This document shows positions 13,001 to 22,101 of a DNA stretch of 64,000 bases, in pieces (position 1 is the first letter of the stretch; each line of letters begins with the position of its first letter). This DNA is from Tubiluchus corallicola (taxonomy: Eukaryota > Animalia > Priapulida), in assembly GCA_030141605.1 (NCBI GenBank), contig JAQGDQ010000961.1, forward strand, positions 11,777-75,776, written 5' to 3'. The position numbers were made by a program, and so were the translations under genes. The notes beneath the pieces were generated by a model. That model did no database searches, was not told the origin of the DNA, and was given only the letters and a program-made list of their open reading frames with translations.

Positions 13001-16000
13001 GTAACTAGAAAAGAAAATTATTAATTATTTAAAATGTTTTCACCAATTGGTAAAATGTCGCTGGCTCACCCATTAGGGTGCACCACTCACTAACCAAAAA
13101 CGTATTTTTAATCTTATTGACAAGATACAGTAATTTTAAATTTTATATAGTTACTGACTTGTGCGCTACGAATGCTCTGGTTATTTTTTCAAACTTTACA
13201 AAATGTTATCTAAACTTGTTTCAAATGATCTGTCGTAAAGACGGCTGCATCTAACGGTCATTGCGGGAGTTTAAATTTACACGTTTTAAACAGCGTGACT
13301 GCCGATTGAAGTCCTGCACGCAAAAAGGCAGTATATAAGTGGTATAAAATTTTAAAACGAATTTTTCAAGTTTCATGTTTATGAAGGGTTTTCTTGTGCT
13401 TTAACAACTTTATATCATCATGAAGTTATCAGCTCAAATTTAGGATAAAAAACAGAGTAAGAGACGTCAACATAACAGGAGCCTAATAAACCTCAAGAAG
13501 CTCGGCATATTACATATGGCACCGTCTGTGTGCCTGAAGTGTTTTCCAAGCAAAATGATTTAATATAATAGTCCCCGCACATTTGCACATTTAAATGAAA
13601 TATGTATGTTCTTAGCTAACAATCATACTGACAGTAACTATGAAGCATTGCTATACATGATTCCATCATGAAATTAAATATGTATGCTTTTGGCCAACAT
13701 TCATAGTAACAGTAGCTATGAAGGCACTGGACTACTAGTAACAGTTTACAAATAATTAACAAAGGTGGTTTAGAGCTGCATAAATGCCTCTTAGCCACTC
13801 ATCCAAGAATTATAATAATCCTGTCAAGCATCTGGTCAGAATAACACCGCTTGGCGACGGTTTGCTATACTAAGTTTGTTTGTCTTGAAACTTAATGCAA
13901 CTTTAAAAACAGGTTTTTGAAATTTCATTACACCCTTACGCTTCAGGCAGCAACCATTATAACATTATTATAACTTTTCTTAGAAAATCTCTTAAGACGT
14001 GTAGCACAAAATAATTGCAAACTTAAAAATAAGAATCACGAAACATTGAACGGGAATTAAATTACAGGTAATAAGAAAAAACGACGTTGATGGATTGAAT
14101 TTATAATGATTATAATAAGACCAACTGCATAAATCACATAAATTTCAAAAAGCAGAAAGTATCTCATACTTGATGACAATAAAAGACAACTACATACAAT
14201 TTCAAACCCAGTTCGGAAAACAACCTTAAAAATTTTAGTTAAGAATAATAAGTTTAAATTTTGCAACTGAATTCCCGTGTGAGCATCGAGACATACCTCT
14301 CGTGCCAGAAAAGTGCCGTCTCCAAGATACCTATACGACTCATTATACAAAAGAAAAAGCACTGTTTTCTAAACAGTGATCAAAATATTACATAAAGAGA
14401 CATCGATAGATATCATTTTCTACAAATCAAGCAAGCACTACACTGTGTTTCCTATCTACGTAAGAGTTTATATATAGCTAGCAACATGCTCTAACTGCAA
14501 ATTTATAGTAGAAGATTGTTCATTAGAGTTGAGACGGTTAGGCTTTTTAACTAACCTTTTAACCTGATTAAATGCGGTCAGTTAACTGGTTAGCCTCTCC
14601 CGACTAGTTCATAAATAAAACAAAATATCGAATACATGACTTGTACGAGTAAGCGGTGCGGTTCAATCTAGCATGGACCAGCAAGAGTGAGCGGTCTGGT
14701 TCAATCTAGCACGGACCAGCAAGAGTGAGCGGTGCAGTTCAATGTAGCACGGACCAGCAAGAGTAAGCGGTCCGGTTCAATCTAGCACGGACCAGCAAGA
14801 GTAAGCGGTCCGGTTCAATCTAGCACGGACCAGCAAGAGTAAGAGGTGCAGTTCAATCTAGCACGGACCAGCAAGAGTAAGAGGTGCAGTTCAATCTAGC
14901 ACGGACCAGCAAGAGTAAGCGGTGCGGTTCAATCTAGCATGGACCAGCAAAAATGTCCAACATGGTAGTATCTTTGCAACATACGCGAATGAAAAACTTT
15001 TTTGCAATTCACCGTTTGTATGATTCTTAGGCAATCAGATTAATTGAGACAATGTTGTAAATAGTAGAATTTTATGTAACCGGAACATTGCAAACTGCAT
15101 ACGCTAACTAAGAAAAGATTCCATGTTTCATTAATACCCATGCATATAAAAACTTGGCTAAGTAACAGTTAAACAGTTAATGATTTTTCTAAACGGCCAC
15201 ACCAATTAGCGGTCAGTTAAACAGATACATACGCGGTTAACTGTCTCAGCCCTATTGTTCATCTAACCATTTTCTTTCCAATAATAAACAAATAAGGCTT
15301 AAATAACATAGCATCTCCTACAAGTGGGACATGTTAACCTGATATGGGTGTTTAAAACCACTGCAGTTCAAAACCAAATAAAATCTTTAAGTCACCTACT
15401 TCAAATAGGAAGGAAATGTTTAAAATTATGTTATTAAATATATCATTCATACCATGTTTACAGTCTAATGTAATGTGATGACTTTTTTTAAAAATCTGAC
15501 AGCATGTTAAACAAACAATTTGAAAGTTAAGGCTGTACTCCCGCCACACATGCAGCATGTTAAAGTTTGTAGGTAACCAGGAAACACAAACATGCATTTT
15601 CACATTACTGGCACTTTCACTGTCACAAATAATTTTTTCAAGACAATAAGAGAATTTAGTTTTTGATAAAATGTAGCAGAAAAAGCTTCCATTCTCTATA
15701 TATTTATAAAAAATAGTTTTATAAAGTACGTCAGAAATGCTCTAAGCATAGGCAGCGACACACAAGACAAGGAACTAGCAATTTGCAAGTATCAAAAACA
15801 AGATAACATGCAATTTATTCCAAAACATGCACATTTCTAGGACATGCGCTACAGACAGAATACAAAAATATTCTAAACATGAAGATATCAGTTTTTTAAA
15901 ACAAGCAGCAAAACAACCTGTCATTCATTTTCGACTCACCAAGATATTCTGAATGCAAACATCATGCGTCACCACCAAAGTTGGAACATAAAAAGGCAAA

Positions 16001-16195
16001 ATAGGATGCTGACCTTCCCTGCCTGGGATTCGAACCCAGGCCCTCCACAATGGGCGCTCTTGCCCTCTGAGCTAGCAGGGTTTTAGCAGCACATGAGGAA
16101 ACAAGTGGAAAACACAAAGGTAAAAAACAAACTCACAATGCTCTACAGTCTACACGCACACACACATACACACCACACACACACGCATGCACATA

Positions 16196-16229
<34 letters not shown>

Positions 16230-19200
16230 TAGCTCAAAAACTGCACTAAAAAATACCATTTTCTCAAAAATTTCAAAAAGCATTTTCGCAGAACCGCAAG
16301 CCAACTCACACCATCTATGGTTTTTAAAGCTGCACAACTACACATAGCGTAACAGTGCAAAATTCAGTTTAGAATTTAACTTGGTTTAAAATGCCTATTG
16401 TTGGAACGCCATTTCGATCGTCTATGTACCTGATCTCCAGCTCCGACATCAATATCGTCTCTGCCCTCGTGCACAGCCTTGCCTATCTCTCTGCTTTGCT
16501 CTTCTAGAGCAACAAGTACATTGCAAGTGTTGTAATCAAAACCTGCAAAAGATATGCAATGTGGATATATGCAATATACGAAATGCAAAACTCATCACTG
16601 CAATAAGCCAGACACTTTTTAAAAACGTGCAATCGAATATCGGTAATACGTTTCGGCTTATAACAAAACTCTCGGCAGTACCATGATTTTACTACGTCCC
16701 TGCTAAGATTATGATAAATCCTATGTAATCACATTTGGTAACTACGGAACCCGTCACTAAGAAACCCTGTTTTGTACAATGTTTTCTCAAAGTCCTGCCA
16801 GCGTGAATTTAATATAAAGAAATATTTGCAGCAAGATTTCTGCTGTGCCCTATAGTCATCTAGTCATTTTTCACCTATTGCCAAGCACGACCTTAGCTTA
16901 ACTGATTATTTTTACAAGTAACTAATCATAAAGTAATGCACGTACTGTATGTACATTATCATAACTAGGTCTAGTGTTGAAATAATGAATCAGTCAGTAG
17001 AACAGATTTAAATGCCACATGTGAGCAGTGACATTTGTTTTACGAAAACTATTAGGCTTCCCATTTTGATAAAAACTTGCCACTATATGTCAGCTCACTT
17101 ATATTCACCTGTCTTCCCACCAGAAACAGCTAGTCTTCATTTACAGGTATCCAGTTATACGCAAAGCAGCAAAAAGCAACACGTCGCCTACTCTCTGGCA
17201 CCACTAACCCTCTTACTTGTAAGCGTGCTTCTAGACAGACTAGCTGGCTGGCAGTGTGTTGATACAATTTCGTAGTTTGCACTTGTGGGAAGCGGGGATT
17301 AAACAAACTTTTTGCATTAGAAATAGCATTATCATGAGTTAGCAAAAATGCACTTAATGGATAGTAGGAAACACGCTTAGCATGAGAAAATATTTTGGTC
17401 TCTTTAAAATCGCATTACCGAGATTCGACTGTAGCAATAGTTAAACACGAGAGCCAAAACTGCCAGGTACCTTTTCGGGAATCATCGTAACCTATGTTTC
17501 TAATTGTGTCGCGTATAACTTCATTGTAATTGACACATGCATTGGAGGATATTTCCCCGCACACCATGATCATGCCAGTCTTGGTAACACTTTCTACAAA
17601 ATAAATAATTATAGTAAGGAAAGGATGATAGCTGAATGGTCGCAATGCATGTGCTTGTCAGTGATCCTGCAATGTTCCTCAGGCCGGCCACAAAAAAAAA
17701 TTGTCTCTGTCTTACCTCAAAAGTTCAGAAGATGTCTGTAGGGAGGGAGGGAGAAAATTTTTTTCAAAAAAAGTTTTTTTAAAGCTTTGTGAATATTTAA
17801 AGTTGAATCGTGGAATATTAAAACCAGTTGAAATCAAAGCTTGTTTATTTCCCACTGGTTAGCAGCGATGTTTAAATTTTTTCAATGCACATTTTTTACG
17901 CTTTGTTTTTTAGTTTCGTATTACTAAATTATCGTATAATTATCGATTATTGTATAGTCTCTTTTATGTATCATGTACATTCTGATAATTATGGTATAAG
18001 CGGCAACACTACTCGGCCATTAACACACCGATTTGGCGGAAAATTCAATACTTTTTAGCCTCCAATACAATGAGCATCATACAAAACGGCAACCCTGGCC
18101 GAAAGTTAGCCGTGGAAAAATGTGGCCGCATCCTGCGTTCCTCAAAAGAACAATGCTATAATAATTATTGCGTTTTAAGTTTTAAAATAAAAAATATGCT
18201 TTTATATGACTGCATCAAGTAAATATATGAACAACTGAAGATACAAAAAAATTATACAATTCACGGCCGGGTGCATGACAAAAAGATATTTTTAGGCCAT
18301 GTTTCAACGGCTAACTCTCGGCCAGGGTTGCCATTTTGTATGATGTTCATTGTATCACAGGCTAAAAAATATGGAATTTACTTGATACAATTAGAGGCGA
18401 TTCAAACTACATTACCGTGAGTCTAATACACGGCACCTATCGGTAAATACGGACAATTGGTAAAATGGGACCGATGTCTCCCCACTTTTGTCCGGCAAAC
18501 TGAAATACAAGTGTAAATGAAATGCTTAAATGATAACAACGACAATATTTTGTGAAACCAATGTATTTGCTACCAATTTACCTGCAGCAACTTTTGCATT
18601 TGGATCTTGCTTAAGGTGGGCATCTACGATTGCATCACTGATCTGATCACAGATTTTATCTGTAATAAATATTAAAACTTAAATTATAATTTGTTTATCA
18701 AAAATGTTAAACGAAACGTGCACTAGGCAAAATAATTCACGTGTATTTCCAAATCTAAAGATTACAAAATTAATAGGCCTAGACATTTCCAAAACTACAG
18801 CATAAGCCCTGACACGGTTTGAAAAACATATAGGGCTATTTGAAAAAGGACTAATCGTACTATGTTTGTGCAGTAGCAGCAGGAAGCAAATACCTCAAAA
18901 AAGACTCATCTGGTATCTGATATCAAACTGTCAAAACTTGCACAGTGAATTAAAATATAAACAGCAATTAGGCCTACACATGTAAACTTCATGAACATGT
19001 TATATGAGCAATTTATAATTGCTAGGGTTATGTAACCAAAGAGCCATGACAATATGTAATTACAAAGACTGTGCACAAAGATGTATAGAAATTTACGCAC
19101 TAAACAACAGATTTAAATACAATGTATTAGACTCACACTGTTTTAATCACAAGACGCTGAGACTTAATGGTTTTAACCATTGAGCTTATAACTTGAAGAT

Positions 19201-21304
19201 CATTGATTCAAATTCGAGTTCAGTATCATACGTATTGCAATCAAGACTCTCGGACTGCTAAACATTGTGTTCAAATAATGTTTCCTAATTTTTCAGTGCC
19301 TATTTGCCTATTCCAAATTTTGTCAACAAAAATACTCACTGTGATACCAGACTATTCATGTAGTGATGGTGAAATCAGTATAATCTATAGGTGTGAGCAC
19401 GGAACGTTCAAAATCGAACAAGTTTTTCTAGTTTGAATTCGATTCAAACCTAAATTATAGATTTGAAGAATTCAACACTTCAACTACATACGTTCTTTAT
19501 CATTAAAACATTTGAAACACTGACCAGTCAGCGCATTTCAAGCTATAATTTCTGCATGCAATTTTTAAACAACAGTTTACAGCAGAAAAAAAATCAAGTA
19601 ATATGCACGACCTTTGTGAGATCGCTTTTTACTAGTATTTCGAAAACTTATTCGAAAATTTTTAAAACTGAATTCGCATGTCGTAAATTCGATTTAAATT
19701 CGCTTTCTGATAAAGAATTCTCACCCCCTACTAATCAGACAAAATTTCCTGCAAGTGTACTTTATCATCATATACATCCGAGTTTTTCTGGAGTTTGCAA
19801 AAAGAAAGACAAAGATACATTCCACATACGTACAAAAGTACAGGTTTCATCACACTATTAAAGCACTGTCTCTAGATTACTCTTAGTCTTATTTTCTGCT
19901 TCCAAAAAATTCACAAAAATCTTACTAAATGGATAATCCTGTAGTACATAACTTGTAAGACTAATAAGCAAGCTAGCAAGTTTTTCCTCCTCATCTCCTA
20001 AGTAATTGTTGCTCTTTCTCACACTTACTTTTTCTCATAAATTTTTCTATATTACACTTTTTTATGCTTGTTTTTTCTTTCCATACTCTCAGTACTTAAC
20101 TTTACTCACCAACCTTGGTCAAATTCCCCTATTAATAAGACCCCATTTGAAACTACTACATATAATAATCCTAATTACTGAATAATTGTATTGTTTTGTT
20201 TAGATTTAGGTATCTAACTTTATTATTTTTTGTCTTCAGTTCTTTTTGGATAATTTGTATCATTTATACTGTTTTTATTGTTTTTTTCTTATTTGTTTTT
20301 GTTATCTGCAGCATGACCGTTAATTTTTAATATAGTAATCTATTTATAAGAAAGGGCAGGAGACTAGATGACCCTATGGTCCTTCCCTGCCCTGCTCCAT
20401 GATTATAATTACTTAATATTTAAAAAACTTTTGATATTAAACTAATTGGAGAAAATAAATGTTCTATGCCTATGTCTATGTTAGGGGTTAAGCGAGCACA
20501 CTTACAGAAACCTCAAATTTTTCCATGAAGTAATTGTCAATTAAAAATTTAAACTTTACTATGGTCGGTGTGGCAATCATCAAGGCAGGCAAACTATTCC
20601 ATCCATTCACTACTCTCACATTTAATGAATATTTACAAATGTCAAGACGTGAACATTCTTCAAACAGTGTTAAAATATGTCATGTAGTTTTTCAATTAAC
20701 AATTAAATTAAAGAAATTTTTAGGCAAAATACTTTCTTTCATAGTCAGTACTTTATAAATCTCAGTATTTTATAAATTTCAATGGTCAAATTGCAAATAC
20801 TTCAAATTTCTAAATACGTTGAGAGTTTTACAACCAAACATTTGTAGCACATCTTTGCACTCCTCCCGGACCAATATGTATTCCTTATAATGGGGATTCC
20901 AAAGTTGTACACAGTATTCTAGATGAGATCTAACCAAACCAATGTATAATAAAACAATAATTCTAGAAACGAGATGGCTCTTTACCATCCTCAAAAGTTT
21001 ATTATTTTCTTTTTAGCACGGGCAACGAATTACTGTGTACATTCCAAGTCTGATGTTATTATCACACCAAATTTTACTAATGCAAATTTTGTACTGGAAG
21101 TAGTATGAAAAATGGAAAGATGTTCCATTCATAAGTTGTTGTTTCACTCTTTTAAGATTCCCAAACTGTAATACTATGTTTGACTTTACCTGGGTGGCCT
21201 TCGCCAACCGACTCCGATGTAAAAAGAAACGTGTCAACCGGAGACGACTGAAATTCAATTCCATTCAAACTCTTAAGACGATCTAAATTTTCTAGGCACT
21301 CCAT
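3946..21304 (-). CDS. MAT: S-adenosylmethionine synthetase (methionine adenosyltransferase), complete 9-exon gene, 403 aa
   Basis: Exons join in frame with GT-AG ends: 21190-21304, 18582-18659, 17471-17593, 16430-16542, 10216-10359, 8732-8950, 7890-8072, 5588-5721, 3946-4048 (1212 nt). Motifs [34 protein letters not shown]. Exon 2-9 coding lengths 78/123/113/144/219/183/134/103 match the vertebrate MAT1A/MAT2A layout as I recall it. Confidence 0.98.
4859..5366. mobile_element. hAT-type MITE
   Basis: CAGTGGC...GCCACTG TIRs, 8-bp TSD ATGCTAAG/ATGCTAAC. Confidence 0.8.
5588..5721 (-). CDS. MAT: MAT exon 8 ([10 protein letters not shown]...[10 protein letters not shown])
   Basis: manual translation; tttcag| and |gtaagt. 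Confidence 0.96.
5782..6260 (-). mobile_element. 5S-rRNA-headed retroelement (SINE3-like): full 5S head 6142-6260 plus ~360-nt GC-rich body
   Basis: Reverse complement GCTACGGCCAAATCACATTGAAAACACC...GAAGTTAAGC...GGATGGGTGAC...GGAATACCAGGTGCTGTAGGCTT. No T-run terminator; the same body follows a second 5S copy at 32578. Confidence 0.85.
6142..6260 (-). pseudogene. 5S rRNA-derived sequence (SINE head, not a bona fide 5S gene)
   Basis: ~119-nt 5S similarity with box A and box C, several substitutions, no terminator. Confidence 0.85.
6352..6725. mobile_element. Tc1/mariner-type MITE family C
   Basis: TA-CACTGATATCTTGGTTTGCCGGAC...GTCTGGCAAACAGAAATATGAGTG-TA; partial copies ~18410-18514, ~35390-35440, ~44035-44162. 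Confidence 0.75.
6754..6945. repeat. Short tandem repeat (alternating ~30/43-bp units)
   Basis: AATATACATGTTGCATAC repeated. Confidence 0.8.
7890..8072 (-). CDS. MAT: MAT exon 7 ([17 protein letters not shown]...CLVQ)
   Basis: ORF track 7830..8039; P-loop-like GGGAFSGKD. Confidence 0.97.
8732..8950 (-). CDS. MAT: MAT exon 6 (VTCEY...[12 protein letters not shown])
   Basis: ORF track 8714..8902; splice sites in phase. Confidence 0.96.
9328..9732. repeat. AT-rich ~40-43-bp minisatellite
   Basis: AATTATTTTATTAAAGTGTTTGACATAGTTTTTAACTATGTA x ~10. Confidence 0.9.
9874..10049. mobile_element. Tc1/mariner-type MITE family D
   Basis: CAGTCAAACCTC...GAGGTTTGACTG TIRs; inverted copy ~29753-29915. 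Confidence 0.75.
10216..10359 (-). CDS. MAT: MAT exon 5 ([11 protein letters not shown]...RPDSKTQ)
   Basis: ORF track 10180..10482; splice sites in phase. Confidence 0.97.
10825..11776. mobile_element. Non-autonomous copy of the same Tigger-like family
   Basis: TA-CAGCAGGTGCCGCTTAATA...TATTAAGCGGCACCTACTG-TA; homologous to 61289-62503. Confidence 0.88.
12211..12703 (+). mobile_element. hAT MITE, deletion derivative of the 27418-29707 family
   Basis: CAGGG...CCTG TIRs, perfect TSD CTTTAGCA, both ends homologous to the larger element. Confidence 0.9.
12737..13500. mobile_element. Kolobok-like element fragment (inverted homologue at ~51230-51700)
   Basis: TTAA-AGGACAAGAAAGGG start; long reverse-complement similarity to 51230-51700. 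Confidence 0.6.
14524..15254. mobile_element. MITE carrying a 38-bp tandem array
   Basis: TAGAGTTGAGACGGTTA...TAACTGTCTCAGCCCTA TIRs. Confidence 0.7.
14647..14950. repeat. 38-bp minisatellite x8
   Basis: GAGTAAGCGGTGCGGTTCAATCTAGCACGGACCAGCAA. Confidence 0.95.
16016..16081 (-). other. tRNA-like cloverleaf with truncated anticodon arm (SINE head or mascRNA-like)
   Basis: CCCTGC-TA-GCTC..GAGC-G-CCCATTGTGG-AGGGC-CTGGG-TTCGAAT-CCCAG-GCAGGG-A; A/B boxes intact. Confidence 0.7.
16152..16228. repeat. (CA)n microsatellite
   Basis: direct reading. Confidence 0.95.
16430..16542 (-). CDS. MAT: MAT exon 4 ([11 protein letters not shown]...VGAGDQ)
   Basis: ORF track 16376..16588; splice sites in phase. 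Confidence 0.96.
17471..17593 (-). CDS. MAT: MAT exon 3 ([17 protein letters not shown]...GYDDSRK)
   Basis: ORF track 17415..17645; ttgtag| and |gtacct. Confidence 0.96.
18066..18355. repeat. ~60-bp inverted repeat pair (18066-18127 / 18295-18355), foldback/MITE
   Basis: ATACAATGAGCATCATACAAAACGGCAACCCTGGCCG... vs ...CGGCCAGGGTTGCCATTTTGTATGATGTTCATTGTAT. Confidence 0.85.
18582..18659 (-). CDS. MAT: MAT exon 2 ([26 protein letters not shown])
   Basis: ttacag| acceptor, |gtaaat donor, conserved motif. Confidence 0.96.
19361..19733. mobile_element. MITE with TAGTGATGGTGAAAT-type ends
   Basis: imperfect TIRs, TTCGAA-rich interior. Confidence 0.55.
20500..21000 (-). mobile_element. CR1-clade LINE fragment
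   Basis: [20 protein letters not shown] and downstream RVVNG.NSLP-like motifs. A CR1-like 3' tail (gactagatgacc..ggtccttcc) lies at ~20352-20410 on the + strand. Confidence 0.75.
21190..21304 (-). CDS. MAT: MAT exon 1 (MECLENL...[11 protein letters not shown])
   Basis: ATG at 21304-21302; donor G|gtaaag. Confidence 0.92.
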
Positions 21305-21788
21305 TTTTTCTGTGATTTCACAACATCCAGGAAATTTTCACACAGCTTCAGCAACGTGGAGAAAGGAGTGCGCGCAGGCGTATTAATGCGCTTCGTCCTT
21401 AGATGCCATTTGTCAGTTTCCCACATTACCTATGTCTGCATTCGCGCAATAACATAAATCCGCGCAAGTAGGTTCATAATTCGAGTTACTCGAGTCGACA
21501 ACAAAGCAGACTATTCTGATATAGTGGCGTTTATGTAGGAAGAACCTGCCGAATAGCCTACGGAAAAGATCGATAGGAAATAGCAGCAGAAAAGAATAAA
21601 GCATAGGCAGGTTGGATGAACGGGTGCGTTGAAAAAATATAAACCGATTTTATCTATTCCGCATGCTACATGAACGCCAGTTAAGATTAGTGATAATAGA
21701 AGACAATGGCAGAGGAAAAGAACCGTTACAAAATGTTGACAGGGTCTCCGACAAAAACTACAAAACTTTGAAGTACCTTGACCACAGT

Positions 21789-21866
21789 GGATACAGTGGC
21801 GATGAGTGGCCTAAGGCGTCTGCCTTGTGAGCAGAAGATCCCTGGTATAAATCTATGCTGTGTCCC
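21789..21866 (+). pseudogene. Degenerate tRNA / tRNA-derived SINE head upstream of MAT
   Basis: GGATACAG/CTGTGTCC acceptor-like stem, TCTGC-CTTGTGA-GCAGA anticodon arm, broken T-loop (GGTATAAAT). Confidence 0.55.
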
Positions 21867-22093
21867 AACTTTTTCACATTTCCTGTCCGTCAAGTTTAAT
21901 AAAGAATATTAGTAACAATGTACGGCGTGCAAAAGTTTTAGCGTGACGTCTGCTATATCGCACTCGGCTTTTTTATCGTTGCAGCTTGGTTAATTTTCTG
22001 TAATTTGTGTAAATTCAGCAAGGAAAATTCTGATTAACTGCATGAGCTTTACCACATACGCATGTGCATTGTTAAAAGCGCTAGGGATACCAA

Positions 22094-22101
22094 TGACGTC
22101 A
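22094..22101. promoter_or_regulatory. Palindromic CRE/ATF site ~0.8 kb upstream of the MAT ATG
   Basis: TGACGTCA overlapping an upstream CCAAT; function unverified. Confidence 0.3.

Noticed and set aside
17017-17100. U17/snR30 homologue
   Set aside because: m1 (AUAUUCCUA) and m2 (AAACCAU) motifs are only partly matched.
17200-17212. Telomerase RNA template (CTAACCCT on + strand)
   Set aside because: No room or sequence for a pseudoknot after the template, and G-U pairs favour folding of the opposite strand.
17147-17266. SAM-I riboswitch resemblance (GUAUC-AA...GAGGG...GGUGCCA...GAUAC)
   Set aside because: Lacks the GCAACC P3 strand, kink-turn and pseudoknot; only scattered short motifs match.
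21789-21866. Functional tRNA gene
   Set aside because: T-loop/B box is disrupted and the D arm is irregular.
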